DNA of 64,000 bases, from positions 62,001-126,000 of the forward strand of contig JAXLNO010000674.1 of the NCBI GenBank assembly GCA_038087875.1. Direction: 5' to 3'. The translations under genes and the position numbers were made by a program. Below are positions 1 through 11,250 of the stretch, one piece after another (position 1 is the first letter of the stretch; each line of letters starts with the position of its first letter). The notes beneath the pieces were generated by a model that was not told the DNA's origin, made no database searches, and saw only the letters and a list, made by a program, of their open reading frames with translations. The stretch comes from Malacoraja senta (taxonomy: Eukaryota).

Positions 1-1260
1 CGGAGACAGTGGGCTGTGGGAGAGCTGAGAAGGGGAGGGGAAAGAGAGAAAGCAAGGATTACCTGAAATTGGAGAAGCCAATGTTCATACCGCTGGGGTG
101 TAAACTACCCAGGCGAAATATGAGGTGCTGCTCCTCCAATTTGCAGTGGGCCACACTCTGGCCATGGAGGAGGCCCAGGAGAGAAAGGTTGGATTCAGAA
201 TGGGAGGGGGAGTTGAAGTGCTGAGCCACCGGGAGATCAGGTTGGTTATTGCGAACTGAGCGGAGATGTTGGGCGAAGCGATCGCCAAGCCAACGCTTGG
301 TCTCACCGATGTAGAGCAGCTGTCACCTAGAGCAGCGGATGCAATAGATGAGGTTGGAGGAGGTGCAGGTGAACCTCTGCCACACCTGGATAGACTGCTT
401 AGGGCCTTGGATGGAGTCAAGGGGGGATGTAAAGCGACAAGTGTAGCATTTCCTGCGGTTGCAAGGGTGGGAAGGCACGAATTGACCAGGGAGTTACGGA
501 GGGAGCGGTCACAGCGGAAAGCCGAAAAGGGAGGAGATGGGAAGATGTGGCCAGTGGTGGATCCCGTTGGAGGTGGCGAAAATGTCGGAGGAATATCTGT
601 TGTATGTGACGGCTGGTAGGGTGGAAGGTGAGGACAAGGGGGACTCTGCCCTTGTTACGAGTGGGGGGGGGATGGGGAGTGAGAGCAGAGCTATGGGATA
701 TTGAAGAGACCCTGGTGAGAGTCTATAGTCGAAGAGGGAAACACCCGTTCCCTAAAGAATGAGGACATTTCCGATGCCCTGGTGTGGAACACCTCATCCT
801 GGGTGCATCTGGGTGTAGACGGAGGAGTTGGGAGTATGGGGATAGAGTCCTTACAGGAAGCAGGGTGGGAAGAATTGTAGTCCAGATAGCCATGGGAGTC
901 AGTGGGTTTGTAGTAGATGTCGGTCAGTAATCTGTTACCTGCGATGGAGATAATGAGGTCTAAAAACGGTAGGGAGATGTCGGAAATGGTCCAGGTGTAT
1001 TTGAGTGCCGGATGGAAGTTAGTTGTGAAGCGGATGAAGTCAGTCAGTTGTGTGGGTGCAGGAGGTAGCACCAATGCAGTCGTCGATGTAGCGGAGGTAG
1101 AGTTCGGGGATAGGGCCACGGTATGCCTCGAACAAGGATTGTTCGACGTACCCAACAAAGAGGCAGGCATAGCTGGGGCCCATGCGCGCGCCCATAGCTA
1201 TGCCTTGGATTTGGAGGAAATGGGAGGAGTCAAACGAAAAGTTGTTGACGGTCTTGAACA
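1..1260 (-). mobile_element. Penelope-like element fragment (RT C-terminus plus GIY-YIG endonuclease), decayed
   Basis: ORF 1040-1264 has YACLFVGYVE...YLRYIDD; 691-1170 has LPFLDL...TDIYYKPTDSH; the GIY-YIG region near 85-420 matches other PLE copies in the window. Confidence 0.9.
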
Positions 1261-1419
1261 GCAAGTTCTATTTCCAACACTGGCATTTTATACAGTGGGG
1301 GAGCAGTGGTGGAGGAAACCATGGCTACGCTTGGCCAGGCCGACCCTGCAACACCGCCAGGACAATAGGCCTTCATGATCAGGCCAAAACCCTGTACTTA
1401 CAACAAATGGGACTTGGAA

Positions 1420-1585
1420 ATGGTGACTCTGATTACTGTCTCAGCGTACTACTGCTATACACTTGTACTGTACCTGAGATGTTATCTAAGATGTATCTAA
1501 GTGCTCAGTGATACTTGTACTAAACTGTATACAAAAATGAACTGCACTGTACCTCGGTACGTGACAAATAAAGTACCAACAGGTT
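1420..1585 (+). repeat. LINE 3' tail remnant, Rex1/Babar-like
   Basis: Ends in cactgtacctcggtacgtgacaaataaa, a tail motif recurring at about 34640, 40780, 52980 and 62150. Confidence 0.5.
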
Positions 1586-1859
1586 TGGAGTCAAGGCTAC
1601 ACAGAGAAGGGTAGGTAATTGAATGAAATGGATGAAGGGTCAAATGGATCAATGTCAACAAGGGAGTGCAAGAGAGAAAAAGAAACACATGTTACAAGGT
1701 AATGTTACAATGAAGGAGAAAGTATAGGTAAAAAGTGCAAGGGCCGCAACAAAGTGCATTGGCAGATGAGGAATTCATTCTTAGTGTATGAGAGATGCAA
1801 ACTCCACTCATGTAAGGATCAGCAAATTAAGTTCGACAAAAACAACACATCTTTGCTAT

Positions 1860-2097
1860 AAGCGATCGCTCCATACACTAACACTATTCTACACACTGGG
1901 GACAATTTACTATTTTTACTAAAACCAATTAACCTAGAAACCTGTGCATCTTTGAAGTGTGGGAGGAAACCAAAGCACCCGGGGAAAACCCACATGTTAA
2001 CGGGGAGAAGGTACAAACTCCGTACAGATAGCACCCGGGCATGATTGAAACTGGGTCTCTGTCGCTTTAAGGCAGCAACTCAACCGCTGTGCCACCC
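1860..2097 (-). mobile_element. tRNA-derived V-SINE (HE1-like)
   Basis: Reverse strand shows a tRNA-like head, then the V-domain gtgggttttccccgggtgctttggtttcctcccacac. Confidence 0.85.
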
Positions 2098-3058
2098 TGA
2101 AGAAGATGCTTCCAAGTCATCTAGTTCCACACGATACACTTGAATTTTACCTTGAGAATTTCATTAATCGTGACGGGTGACTGATCCTCAGACCTCAGCA
2201 CCATCTGCTGGATCAGGCACTCCAAAGACAGGCTGAGAACCCTTTCTTCTTCTTCACCCAGACTCCAGTCAGGAGCCTTGTATATCAGCACGCCCAGAGA
2301 CACAATGACCTGAAATAAGCCAGTACCAATTAAATATTTAGCAGCTAAATACAGCTGGCATAACCATTAAGGACCTTTCCCTTTTAAAACAGAGGGCAAT
2401 GGAGAAAGATCAGTGCACACTCTAGAACGAGCAAGCAGGTAAAGCACAGACATCCAGATGGTGAAACTGGTCCATGAAATCATGCCATTTACGCATGAGT
2501 AATTACGTTACGGGAGCACCCACTGGAACACAGTAACGGTGAAAATCAGGAACATCAAGAAAATACTCAGAGGCTTCTACAAAAAACACCCTTCAATGTG
2601 CAATGAAGATGGCCCACTGGACATTACCGTTGACATCAGCTGTGGAAAAAAAATGTTTGCTGAATAAAGACTGCATATTCTATGAAGAATTACTGCCTTT
2701 GCATGTTTTTAAAATCAACATTAGCTGAGAATCGCGGAGAGAGTAAATGTATTTACTGAGCCCTCGGAATACAATTCATGGGATAAAGAGGATTAGAGAA
2801 TGTCCTAAGATTAATAGCTAATAGATCAACATCAACGAGATGGTTCAAGAGCTATTTGCAGGCTTAGTATTGCAGCATGTGCTGTGGATTCACTACATAG
2901 CAGAAGATTCCTCTGCCTGGTTTGGACAAAGATAGCACCAAGGAAAGGAGGGGCATGAGAGACAAGTTAGCAATACACCCAGGGCCGGCCTTAGGAGGTG
3001 CGGGGCCCAATTGGGAACAACTTTGTTGAGCCCCAGGTTCCCAGCCAAGGTCTGTCAG

Positions 3059-4031
3059 CAGGGCTCTCGCTTAACTTTTTTTCCCTGTTGCCAGGCGGGC
3101 AACCTAGGCAGTTTTTTAGGTTGCCAAATGACAGTTTAGGTGGTCATTTAGGATGGCTCGCATGACACGTGCGATAATGTGCTCGGACGAAGTGCGTAGT
3201 TACCAGTCAGAATTATGGTCAATGAAGCATTCACATATTATTTCTGCTTCAAATAAAGTCACAAACTAAACATATTCACCAATCAAGACATGATATATAC
3301 CACAATGACATGCAGCCACATTACAATACAGTATCTCATCTCTTTTTACACGTTGCAATGAATGCAATTTCGATTATTTCTTTCCACTTCCAAACAAAAT
3401 TCTGGTTGGATTATTCACCGTATGATCAACCCCAGTGAGACAAGTGCAGGCTTGGCGATCGCTTCCCACAATACCTACACTCAGTTCGCAATAACCAAAC
3501 TGATGGTGGCTGAGCACTTCAACTCCCCCTCCCATTCTGAATCCGACCTTTCTGTCCTGGGCCTCCTCCACGGCCAGAGTGAGGCCCACCGCAAATTGGA
3601 GGAGCAGCACCTCATATTTCGCTTGGGTAGTTTACACCCCAGCAGTATGAACATTGGCTTCTCCAATTTAAAGTAGTCCTTCTTTCTCCCTCCTTCCCCT
3701 CCCATTCCCAGCTCTCCCACAGCCTACTGTCTCCGCCTCTTCCTTTCTTTTTCTCGACCCCCCCCCCACTTGCCGACATCAGTCTGAAGAAGGGACTCAA
3801 CCGGAAACGTCGCCTATTCCTTCTCACCATAGATGCTGCCTCACCTGCTGATTTTCTCCAGCTTTGTCTACCAACGGGATCCCACCACTGGCCACAACTT
3901 CCCATCTCCTCCCCTGTCGGCTTTCTGCAGAGACCGCTCCCTCCGTAACTCCCTGGTCATTTCGTCCCTTCCCACCCAAACCACCCCCTCCCCGGGCACT
4001 TTCCCTTGCAACCGCAGGAAATGCTACACTT
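3059..4031 (+). mobile_element. Composite unit copy 1: hAT-like left end (3059-3430) plus two PLE fragments
   Basis: Colinear with 28042-29011 including both internal junctions; the PLE part encodes VAEHFNSPSHSESDLSVLGLLHGQ (ORF 3362-3676). Confidence 0.8.
3784..3811 (+). ncRNA. Minimal hammerhead ribozyme motif in PLE terminal repeat (stem II degenerate)
   Basis: CTGAAGA-A-GGGACTCAACCG-GAAA-C-GTC. Confidence 0.6.
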
Positions 4032-4032
4032 A

Positions 4033-4200
4033 CAGTGGCTTGCAAAAGTATTCATACCCCTTGAACTTTTCCACATTTTGTCACATTACAACCACAAACG
4101 TAAATGTATTTTATTGGGATTTTATGTGATAGACCAACACAAAGTGGCGCATAATTGTGAAGTGGAAGGAAAATGATACATGGTTTTCAAATTTTTTTAC
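4033..4200 (+). mobile_element. Tc1-family DNA transposon left end
   Basis: TA followed by CAGTGGCTTGCAAAAGTATTCATACCCCTTGAAC, a typical vertebrate Tc1 terminus; no right end seen. Confidence 0.75.
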
Positions 4201-4299
4201 CAGTCAGAAGCATGGAATAGTTGTCACCCTACTATAGGTACCCAACCAGAAGCAATTAAATTTAAGGTAGCTCTTTTTTACCCCCCAAGAACCCTTTTT

Positions 4300-4490
4300 T
4301 GTTTAAGTCCAAGTCAGGAGTCAAGAGTTTTATTGTCATGTGTCCCAGATAGGACAATGAAATTCTTGCTTGCTGCAGCACATCAGAATATGTAAACCTA
4401 ATACAGAACAGGAGATAAAAGTTCAGTGTGTCTATATACCATAGACCATATATATATACACACACAATAAATAAACAGATAAAATGCAAT
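4300..4490 (-). repeat. Rex1/Babar-like 3' tail remnant
   Basis: Reverse of ...gaatttcattgtcctatctgggacacatgacaataaaactcttgac, the same tail family as 49640-49690. Confidence 0.6.
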
Positions 4491-4599
4491 AGGCTATTTT
4501 TCAGTTTGGAGTTTGGTGGTGGTGTTTAAATTCTGTTTAAATTCCATTTCAAATATTTTTGGAGGACCAGAAAACCAAGAAGCAAGAGTTACTCCAGCT

Positions 4600-4960
4600 C
4601 CAGCGAGTGATTCTGCGTTGATTTTCAGCTAGCGGTCGCGTTGAGGCGGCGACCAGACAGCAATGGCAGCCAAATCTCCCACAATGCAAAGGAAGGGAGA
4701 AAGTGGCCAACGCTGACCAGTTGCAGTGGCAGTGCGCATGTGCAGGGTGGCACATGCGCATAACCACGGCCGATGATGCGCTGGCCAAAGATCCTCGCTA
4801 TAGGATGGTTGGTGCTGGCCGTGGTTGTCGGTTGTGCGCATGTGTAAGGCGGCCGGCCGTGCCGGTGGACGAGGAGTGGGCAGAAACCAGAGACATGGAC
4901 AGCAGGCGGAGTTGGAGAGAGAAAGATAGAGAGGGGGCCCGCTCAGAATTAAACGAGAGG
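4600..4960. promoter_or_regulatory. CpG-rich promoter-like segment with three NRF1-like motifs
   Basis: gtgcgcatgtgca (~4732), gcacatgcgca (~4750) and gtgcgcatgtg (~4834) in CpG-dense sequence not matching other repeats in the window. Confidence 0.4.
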
Positions 4961-5644
4961 TGTCCCTGGCGCTGTATCTCCAAACTAAACTGTATAACAT
5001 GCAGGTACATTCATTTAAAATACAATTCAGTGATTATTTCACATGATTTCTCACTGTATCTGACCAATCTCTGTTTAAGATGTTTGGTCTGCCTTCGGCA
5101 TTGACTCTGAACTAAAAACCTAAACCAGACTCAATTGTATAGTCACATTGGACTCAGTAAACTCACACATCTCTGCATTCAGGAGGCTGCCGTGGTTGGA
5201 ATTACCGGCTCCGAGACCTGAGTGGGTAAAGCGACCTGAGATCAATACATAAGATGATAGCTCTTCTCAATAAAAAAAACTGACGTTTTTCATTCTAACC
5301 ATGATGGCTAGAGCTTCTTGCAAGGTGATCTATGACCTCGCCAAGTAAATATTGTCGTAACGCTCAGTTGAGGTCAAATGAAGAAGATATTCATTTCATT
5401 GTTCAGTGGAGTCCATGGATGTGTCACTGAAAGCAATCTCCACACTACTTGTCCCCGTGTTGTAAGAAGTTACTTTTAAATTACTTGAAATAAAAGTTGA
5501 TTTCTCTTTGTCACAAATGTCAACCGTGCTTCTAATGAATGAGAAATCAATACACTTCTTTCTCTAACCTTCCGTAATTCAGTTGACTTTCATTTAAAGT
5601 GGAAGATGCAAACATTGTCAGCTCCACCTGGACTTCACCCAGAG

Positions 5645-5975
5645 TGACTGGGGAGTCCAGAACAAGGGGCCACAGTTTAAGAATAAGGGGGTAGGCCATT
5701 TAGGACTCAGATGAGGAAACACCCTTTCACCCAGAGAGTTGTGAATCTGTGCAATTCTCTGTCACAGAAGGCAGTGGTGGCCAATTCACTGGATGTTTTC
5801 AAGAGAGAGTTAGATTTAGCTCTTAGGGCTAACGGAATCAAGGGATATGGGGAGAAAGCAGGAACGAGGATATTGATTTTAGATGATCAGCCATGATCAT
5901 ATTGAATGGCAGTGCTGGCTCGAAGGGCCGAATGGCCTACTCCTGCACCTATTTTCTATGTTTCTGTTTCTATGA
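5645..5975 (+). mobile_element. CR1 (HER1-like) LINE 3' fragment
   Basis: ORF 5711-5896 FTQRVVNLCNSL...FKRELDLAL; 3' end gggccgaatggcctactcctgcacct followed by a tttctatg tail. Confidence 0.9.
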
Positions 5976-6075
5976 CTGATAGAAATGAAGGTATCTCGTG
6001 TGGGATTTGAAATCCCCATCAAGTCATAATGTACCAATAAAGATGCTCTGCTTTCTTTCCATAAATTATCTGCTC

Positions 6076-6376
6076 TAGTTTAGTTTAGTGATATAGCACG
6101 GAAATAGGCCCTTCGGCCCACCGTGTCCGCACCGACCAGCAATCCCCGCACACAATCACTATGCCACACACACTAGTGACAATTACATTTGTACCAAACC
6201 ACTTAACCTACAACCTGTACGTCTTTGGAGAGCGGGTGGAAACGGAAGATCTCGGAGAAAACCAATGCAGGTCGCGGGGAGAACGTATAAACTCCGTACA
6301 TACAGCACCGGTCATCAGGAAAGAACCCGGGTCTCTGGTGCTGTGAGGCAGCCACTGTACCGCTGCGCCACCGTGT
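6076..6376 (-). mobile_element. HE1-like V-SINE
   Basis: tRNA-like head, V-domain, CR1-type tail ending in (ctaaa)n on the minus strand. Confidence 0.85.
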
Positions 6377-6689
6377 CGCGAAGGTTTCTCGTGCGAGATT
6401 TGAAAGCCCCGTCAAGTCATAATGAACCAACAAAGATGCTCTATTTTCTTTCCATAAATTATCTATTTAGTTTAGTTGAGAGATACAGCGTGGAAACAGG
6501 CCCTTCTGCCCACCGAGTCTGCACCGACCCCCACACGCGAACACTATCCTGCACACAGTTCTTCAGGCTGAGAGCCAGGGGACAGGGAAACTAGAGGTAT
6601 GAAAAGATACAGACCAAACCCCAGAACAGAATCTGTTCTGTACCTTTTCTCACCTCTCGTTTTCCTAATAATATGGAAACCTTTGAACT

Positions 6690-6795
6690 ATTGAAACGAA
6701 GATAGCCACAAAATGCTGGAGCAACTCGGTGGGACAGGCAGCATCTCTGGATACAAGGAATGGGTGACGTTTTGGGTTGAGGCCCTTCTTCAGAC
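6690..6795 (-). mobile_element. PLE terminal-repeat remnant with mutated hammerhead (6766-6793)
   Basis: Minus strand CTGAAGA-A-GGGCCTCAACCC-AAAA-C-GTC (G12 changed to A). Confidence 0.75.
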
Positions 6796-6939
6796 CCTTC
6801 AACCATTGAACCAGCTCATTGGAGGTCTGTGAAACAGTGCAGAGCAATGCACCTTCTAGTTTTGTCCAGCACATTGGGGAAGTGAGTTATGCTTTACTCT
6901 AAAACCTTGGTAACAAAAGTAAATGACCCCCCGCACCCC

Positions 6940-7092
6940 CCACCCCACCCAACCCAACAGAAAGGAATCGCAGATGCAGCCGTCACCGCAAAAAGTCAAT
7001 GATTCCTGGAATGCCGAGGCGACAGGGTGAGAGAGAGGGAGTGAGAGAGCGTGAGAATGAGAGAGAGACGAAATGGGAGCGGGGAGACTGAT

Positions 7093-7124
<32 letters not shown>

Positions 7125-7165
7125 GGAGGGACGGAAAGAGCGAAAGACAGAGAAACACAATGTTT
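6940..7165 (-). repeat. Unclassified dispersed repeat X with (GA)n tract
   Basis: Reverse complement matches 16700-16855 joined to 25045-25110 (cggcattcc..gaatcattgac.ttttgcggtga.ggctgcatctgcg.ttcctttctgttggg). Confidence 0.6.
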
Positions 7166-7263
7166 TAAAGAAGGAACTGCAGATGCTGGAAAATCGAAGG
7201 TACACAAAAATGCTGGAGAAACTCAGCGGGTGCGGCAGCATCTATGGAGCGAAGGAAATAGGC

Positions 7264-7291
7264 AACGTTTCGGGCTGAAACCCTTCTTCAG
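7264..7291 (-). ncRNA. Minimal hammerhead ribozyme motif, core intact
   Basis: Minus strand CTGAAGA-A-GGGT-TTCA-GCCC-GAAA-C-GTT; stem II has one U-G pair; NUH triplet GUU. Confidence 0.7.
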
Positions 7292-8177
7292 ACTGATAGG
7301 GGGTGGGGAGAAGAAAGGAAAAAAGGCGGAGGAGGAGCCCGAGGGCTGGGAGGAGACAACCAGAGGGCTGATGAAGGGGAGGGGACAGCAAGGGCTAACA
7401 GAGTTTGGAGAATTCAATGTTCATGCCCCCAGAATGTAGACTGCCCAGGCGGAATATGAGGTGCATTTCCTCCAATTTCCGGTGTTGCTCGCTGTGGCCA
7501 TGGAGGAGACCCAGGACAGAGAGGTCAGATACGGAATGGGAGGGGGAGTTGAAGTGCTGAGCCACCGGGAGGTCAGGTAGGTTATTGCGGACCGACCGGA
7601 GGTGTTCGGCAAAACGATCGCCAAGCCTCCGCTTGGTCTCACCGATGTAGATCAGCTGACATCTAGAGCAGCGGATCTAATAGATGAGGTTGGAGGAGAT
7701 GCAGGTGAACCTCTGTCGCACCTGGAACGACTGCTTGGGTCCTTGAATGGAATCGAGGGGGGAGGTGAAGGGACAAGTGTTGCATCTCTTGCGGTTGCAA
7801 GGGAAAGTACCCGGGGAGGGGGTGGTACGGGAGGGAAGGGAAGAATTGTCAAGGGAGTTACGGAGGGAGCGGTCTTTGCGGAAGGCAGATATGGGGGAGA
7901 TGGGAAGATGTGGCGAGTGGTGGGGTCACGTTGGAGGTGGCGAAACTGACGGAGGATCACTTGTTGTATGTGACGGCTGGTGGGATGAAAGGTGAGGACT
8001 AGGCGGACTCTGCCCTTGTTGTGAGTGGGGGGGGTGGGGAGAGAGAGCAGTGTTGCGGGGTATGGCAGAGACCCTGGTGCGAGCCTCATCTATGGTGGAG
8101 GAGGGGAACCCCCGTTCCCTGAAGAATGAGGACATTTCGGATGCCCTGGTGTGGAACGCCTCATCCTGGGAGCAGAT

Positions 8178-9010
8178 GCGGCGTAGATTAGATTTTATTC
8201 TTGTCATTTGAACCTCAAAGAGGCTCAAACGAATCTCCATTTCCACAGCCATACAACAAAACAATTCCTACACGACACACAAACAATTCAATTTACAGAA
8301 AAAACATCCATCACAGTGAACCTCCTCCTCACTGTGATGGAAGGCAAAGTCTTTTCTCTCCCCTGCACCATTTTTCTCCCGACGTTGAAGCCCCAGGCGG
8401 GCAATGTTAAGTCCCACGGCCGTAGAGGCCGCGCCGGGCGGTGTACTGCCTCGCTCCGGGCCCAAAAGTCACAAAGTTGGAGCCCCCGGCGGGCGCTGGA
8501 ATGCCCCGCGGCCATTAAAGCCGCGCCGGGCGATTTACGGCCCCGCTCCGGGTCGTTCCAACCCCGCGACACGGGCGGGAGAAGTTGCGTTGCGGGAGCT
8601 CCGGAAAGCGGTCTCTCACGCTGACCCGCGAGCTCCCGATATCACTGTCCGCAGCTTGAGGTCCGGAGTCGGGCCGCAGCAGCGAGCCACCACCGCTCCT
8701 CACACTCCGAGGCCGGCCAGCCCCACGGTGGTAAGTCCGCAGCTCCGCAGGCTCCGCGACTGGAGCCCACAGGTCGTCCCGGTCGGAGGCCGCTCCACGG
8801 AGCTAGGCACCAAGGACAACAGAGACCCGACAGGGAAAAAGTCGGGTCTCCCGTACAGGGAAGAGATTTTTTTAAGTTTCCCCCGCCCCGCTCCCCCACA
8901 TATACACAGTTAAAAACAGTATAAAAAAACACAAACAACATTTAATGAGACAAAAATAAAAAAAGACAAACGGACTGCAGTCGAGCCGCTGCCGTTAGGC
9001 GCCGCCACAC
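8178..9010 (-). mobile_element. GC-rich non-coding retroposon or LINE 3' UTR inserted into the PLE
   Basis: Splits the PLE at gcgtaga|cggagg; (tctaa)n-type tail; shares the ccttccatcacagtgagg block with 37237-37870. Confidence 0.6.
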
Positions 9011-10699
9011 CCACGGAGGAATTGAGAGTGGGGGATGGAGTCCTTACAGGAAGCAGGGTGGGAAGAAGTGTAGTCCAGATAGCCATGGGAGTCAGTAGGT
9101 TTGTAGTGGATGTCGGTCAGACGTCTATCACCTGCGATGGAGATAGTGAGGTCAAGGAATGGTAGGGAAGTGTCGGAAATGGTCCAGGTGTATTTGAGTG
9201 CCGGATGGAAGTTGGTGGTGAAGCGGATGAAGTCAGTCAGTTGTATGTGGGTGCAGGAGGTGGCACCAAAACAGTCATCGATGTAGCGGAGGTAGAGGTC
9301 GGGGATGGGGCCCTGGTACGTACTGAACAAGGATTGTTCTACGTACCCGACAAAGAGGCAGGCGTAGCTGGGGCCTATGCGTGTGCCCATAGCTACGCCT
9401 TGTATTTGGAGGAAATGGGAGTAGTCAAATGAGAAATTATTGAGGGTAAGGACCAGCTCCGCTAGGCGGAGGAGGGCGTCAGTGGCCGGGTATAGGTTGC
9501 TTCTTCGGTCGAGGAAAAACCGGAGGGCTTCGAGACCATCCTGGTGGGGGATGGAGGTGTACAATGACTGGACGTCCATGGCGAAGATGAGGGGGAGAGG
9601 GCCTAGAGAGTGAAATGCGCGCAGACGACGGAGAGTGTCTGAGGTGTCTTGAACATAGGTAGGGAGGGATTTAACCAAGGGGGATAGGATGGAGTCGAGG
9701 TAGGCGGAGATGAGTTTGGTGGGGCACGAACAGGCAGAGACAATGGGTCTACCGGGACAGTCAGGTTTGTGGATTTTGGTAAAATCGGGCCGTGCGGGGC
9801 TGGGAAACGATGAGGTTGGTGGCTCGGTCGGGCAGGGCGTGGGAGTGCATGAAGTCGGTGATGGTGCTGGAGATGGTGGCCTGGTGCTCGTCAGTGGGGT
9901 CATGGTCCAGGAGTAAGTAGGAGGTGTCCGAGAGTTGGCGCGTGGCCTCAACTTTATAGAGATCGACGCGCGAGACTACCACGGCACCTCCCTTGTCGGC
10001 GGGTTTGATAACCCAATCTGGGTTGTTGCGGAGTGAGTCGATGGCAGTGCGTTCAGGAGGGGAGAGATTGGAGTGGGACAGGGGAGTGGAGAAGTTGAGG
10101 CGGTTGATGTCACGGCGGCAGTTTTTGATGAAGAATTCTAAAGCCGGAAAGCTACGAGGGGGGTTCCACGAGGAGAGGGTGCGTTGGAGACGGGAAAAGG
10201 GGTCATCGGTGGGGGGCGTGGTCTCCTTCCCATGGAAGTGCGCTGTGAGGCGGAGGCGACGGTAGAAGCGTTCCAAGTCATGGAGGGTGCGGAACTCATT
10301 GAGGTGGGGACGGAGGGGGACAAAGGTAAGACCTCTGCTGAGGACAGACCGTTCGATGTCGGAGAGGGGGAGGTGGGGGGGATGGTGAACACCCGGCAGG
10401 GATGGGGGTCGGGGCCGGAGGAAGGCAGGTGGGTGTAATGGGGACAGGGTGATGTGTGGTGGGGGGGTCGTGGGTGGTCAGGGGGTGGGGGGTGAGAGGG
10501 CTGTAGTGTGGGTGGGGAAGAGAAGGGGTCCCATAGTTGGAGAGGGATGGGGAAGCATCAGTGGAACTGCCACTGAGGTAACCAGGATTAGGCAGACTAG
10601 CGCTAGGACCCAGTGGAGTCAAACCCAGGAGAGCGGGAGTGAGCAGCGTGGAGGCTTCAGGCCCAGTACAGAGACCAGTTTGCAGGTGAGGTGACGGCT

Positions 10700-11250
10700 G
10701 CGGGCTGCTGGAGAGAGATGCAGTGGCGATGGTCGGCGGACCCGACGGTAGGAGTCCTCGGGCAGTCGAGTCGGGGTCGGCGGGGCAAGAGGGCGGTGTG
10801 GTGGCGAGGGCCGGCGGACCCGATAGTGGGAGTCCGTGGGCAGTAGAGTCGGGGTCGTGGGTCGGCGGGGCTGGAGGGCGTTGTGGTGGTGAGGGCCGGC
10901 GGACCCGATGGTCGGGGTCCTCGGGCCGTGGAGTCGGTGGGGCTGGAGGGCGTTGCAGTGGCGAGGGTCGGCGGACCCGATGGTCGGGGTCCGTGGGCAG
11001 TAGAGTCGGGGTCCGCGGGCGGTGCGTGGGAGGTCCCGGTGGGCGGATGGTCGGTGGGGCGGCGCGGTTCGACCAGCCCGGTGAGGCGACGAGGTGAGTA
11101 GGGTGCGGTGCGGCGGCCATGTTCGGGGAGCCCCGGTCCGGCGGCGATGTTCAATAGGCCCGGTGCGACGGCGATATTAGGCGGGCCCGGTCCGGCGGCG
11201 ATGTCGGTTGGGCCCGGTGCGGCGAGGTTCGGAGGAATCGGCGAGGGGGA
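10700..11250 (-). repeat. GC-rich tandem repeats encoding Pro/Thr-rich sequence in the PLE 5' region
   Basis: Recurrent gggccggcggacccgatggtcggggtcc..gggc..tagagtcgg units of about 60 bp and shorter gcccggtccggcggcgatgt units. Confidence 0.8.

Noticed and set aside
2394-2670. Possible short terminal exon (EGNGERSVHTLERASR*) with AATAAA near 2663
   Set aside because: Too short and without homology evidence to call.
5560-5640. Minus-strand peptide MFASSTLNESQLNYGRLEKEVY, similar to Gypsy RNase H
   Set aside because: Adjacent sequence does not continue into the expected RNase H motifs; too short to support.
8201-8941. Several long overlapping ORFs in the GC-rich insert, and similar ones at 25587-26111, 29622-30107 and 37237-37850
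   Set aside because: No recognisable domain; open frames on both strands are expected in GC-rich repeats.
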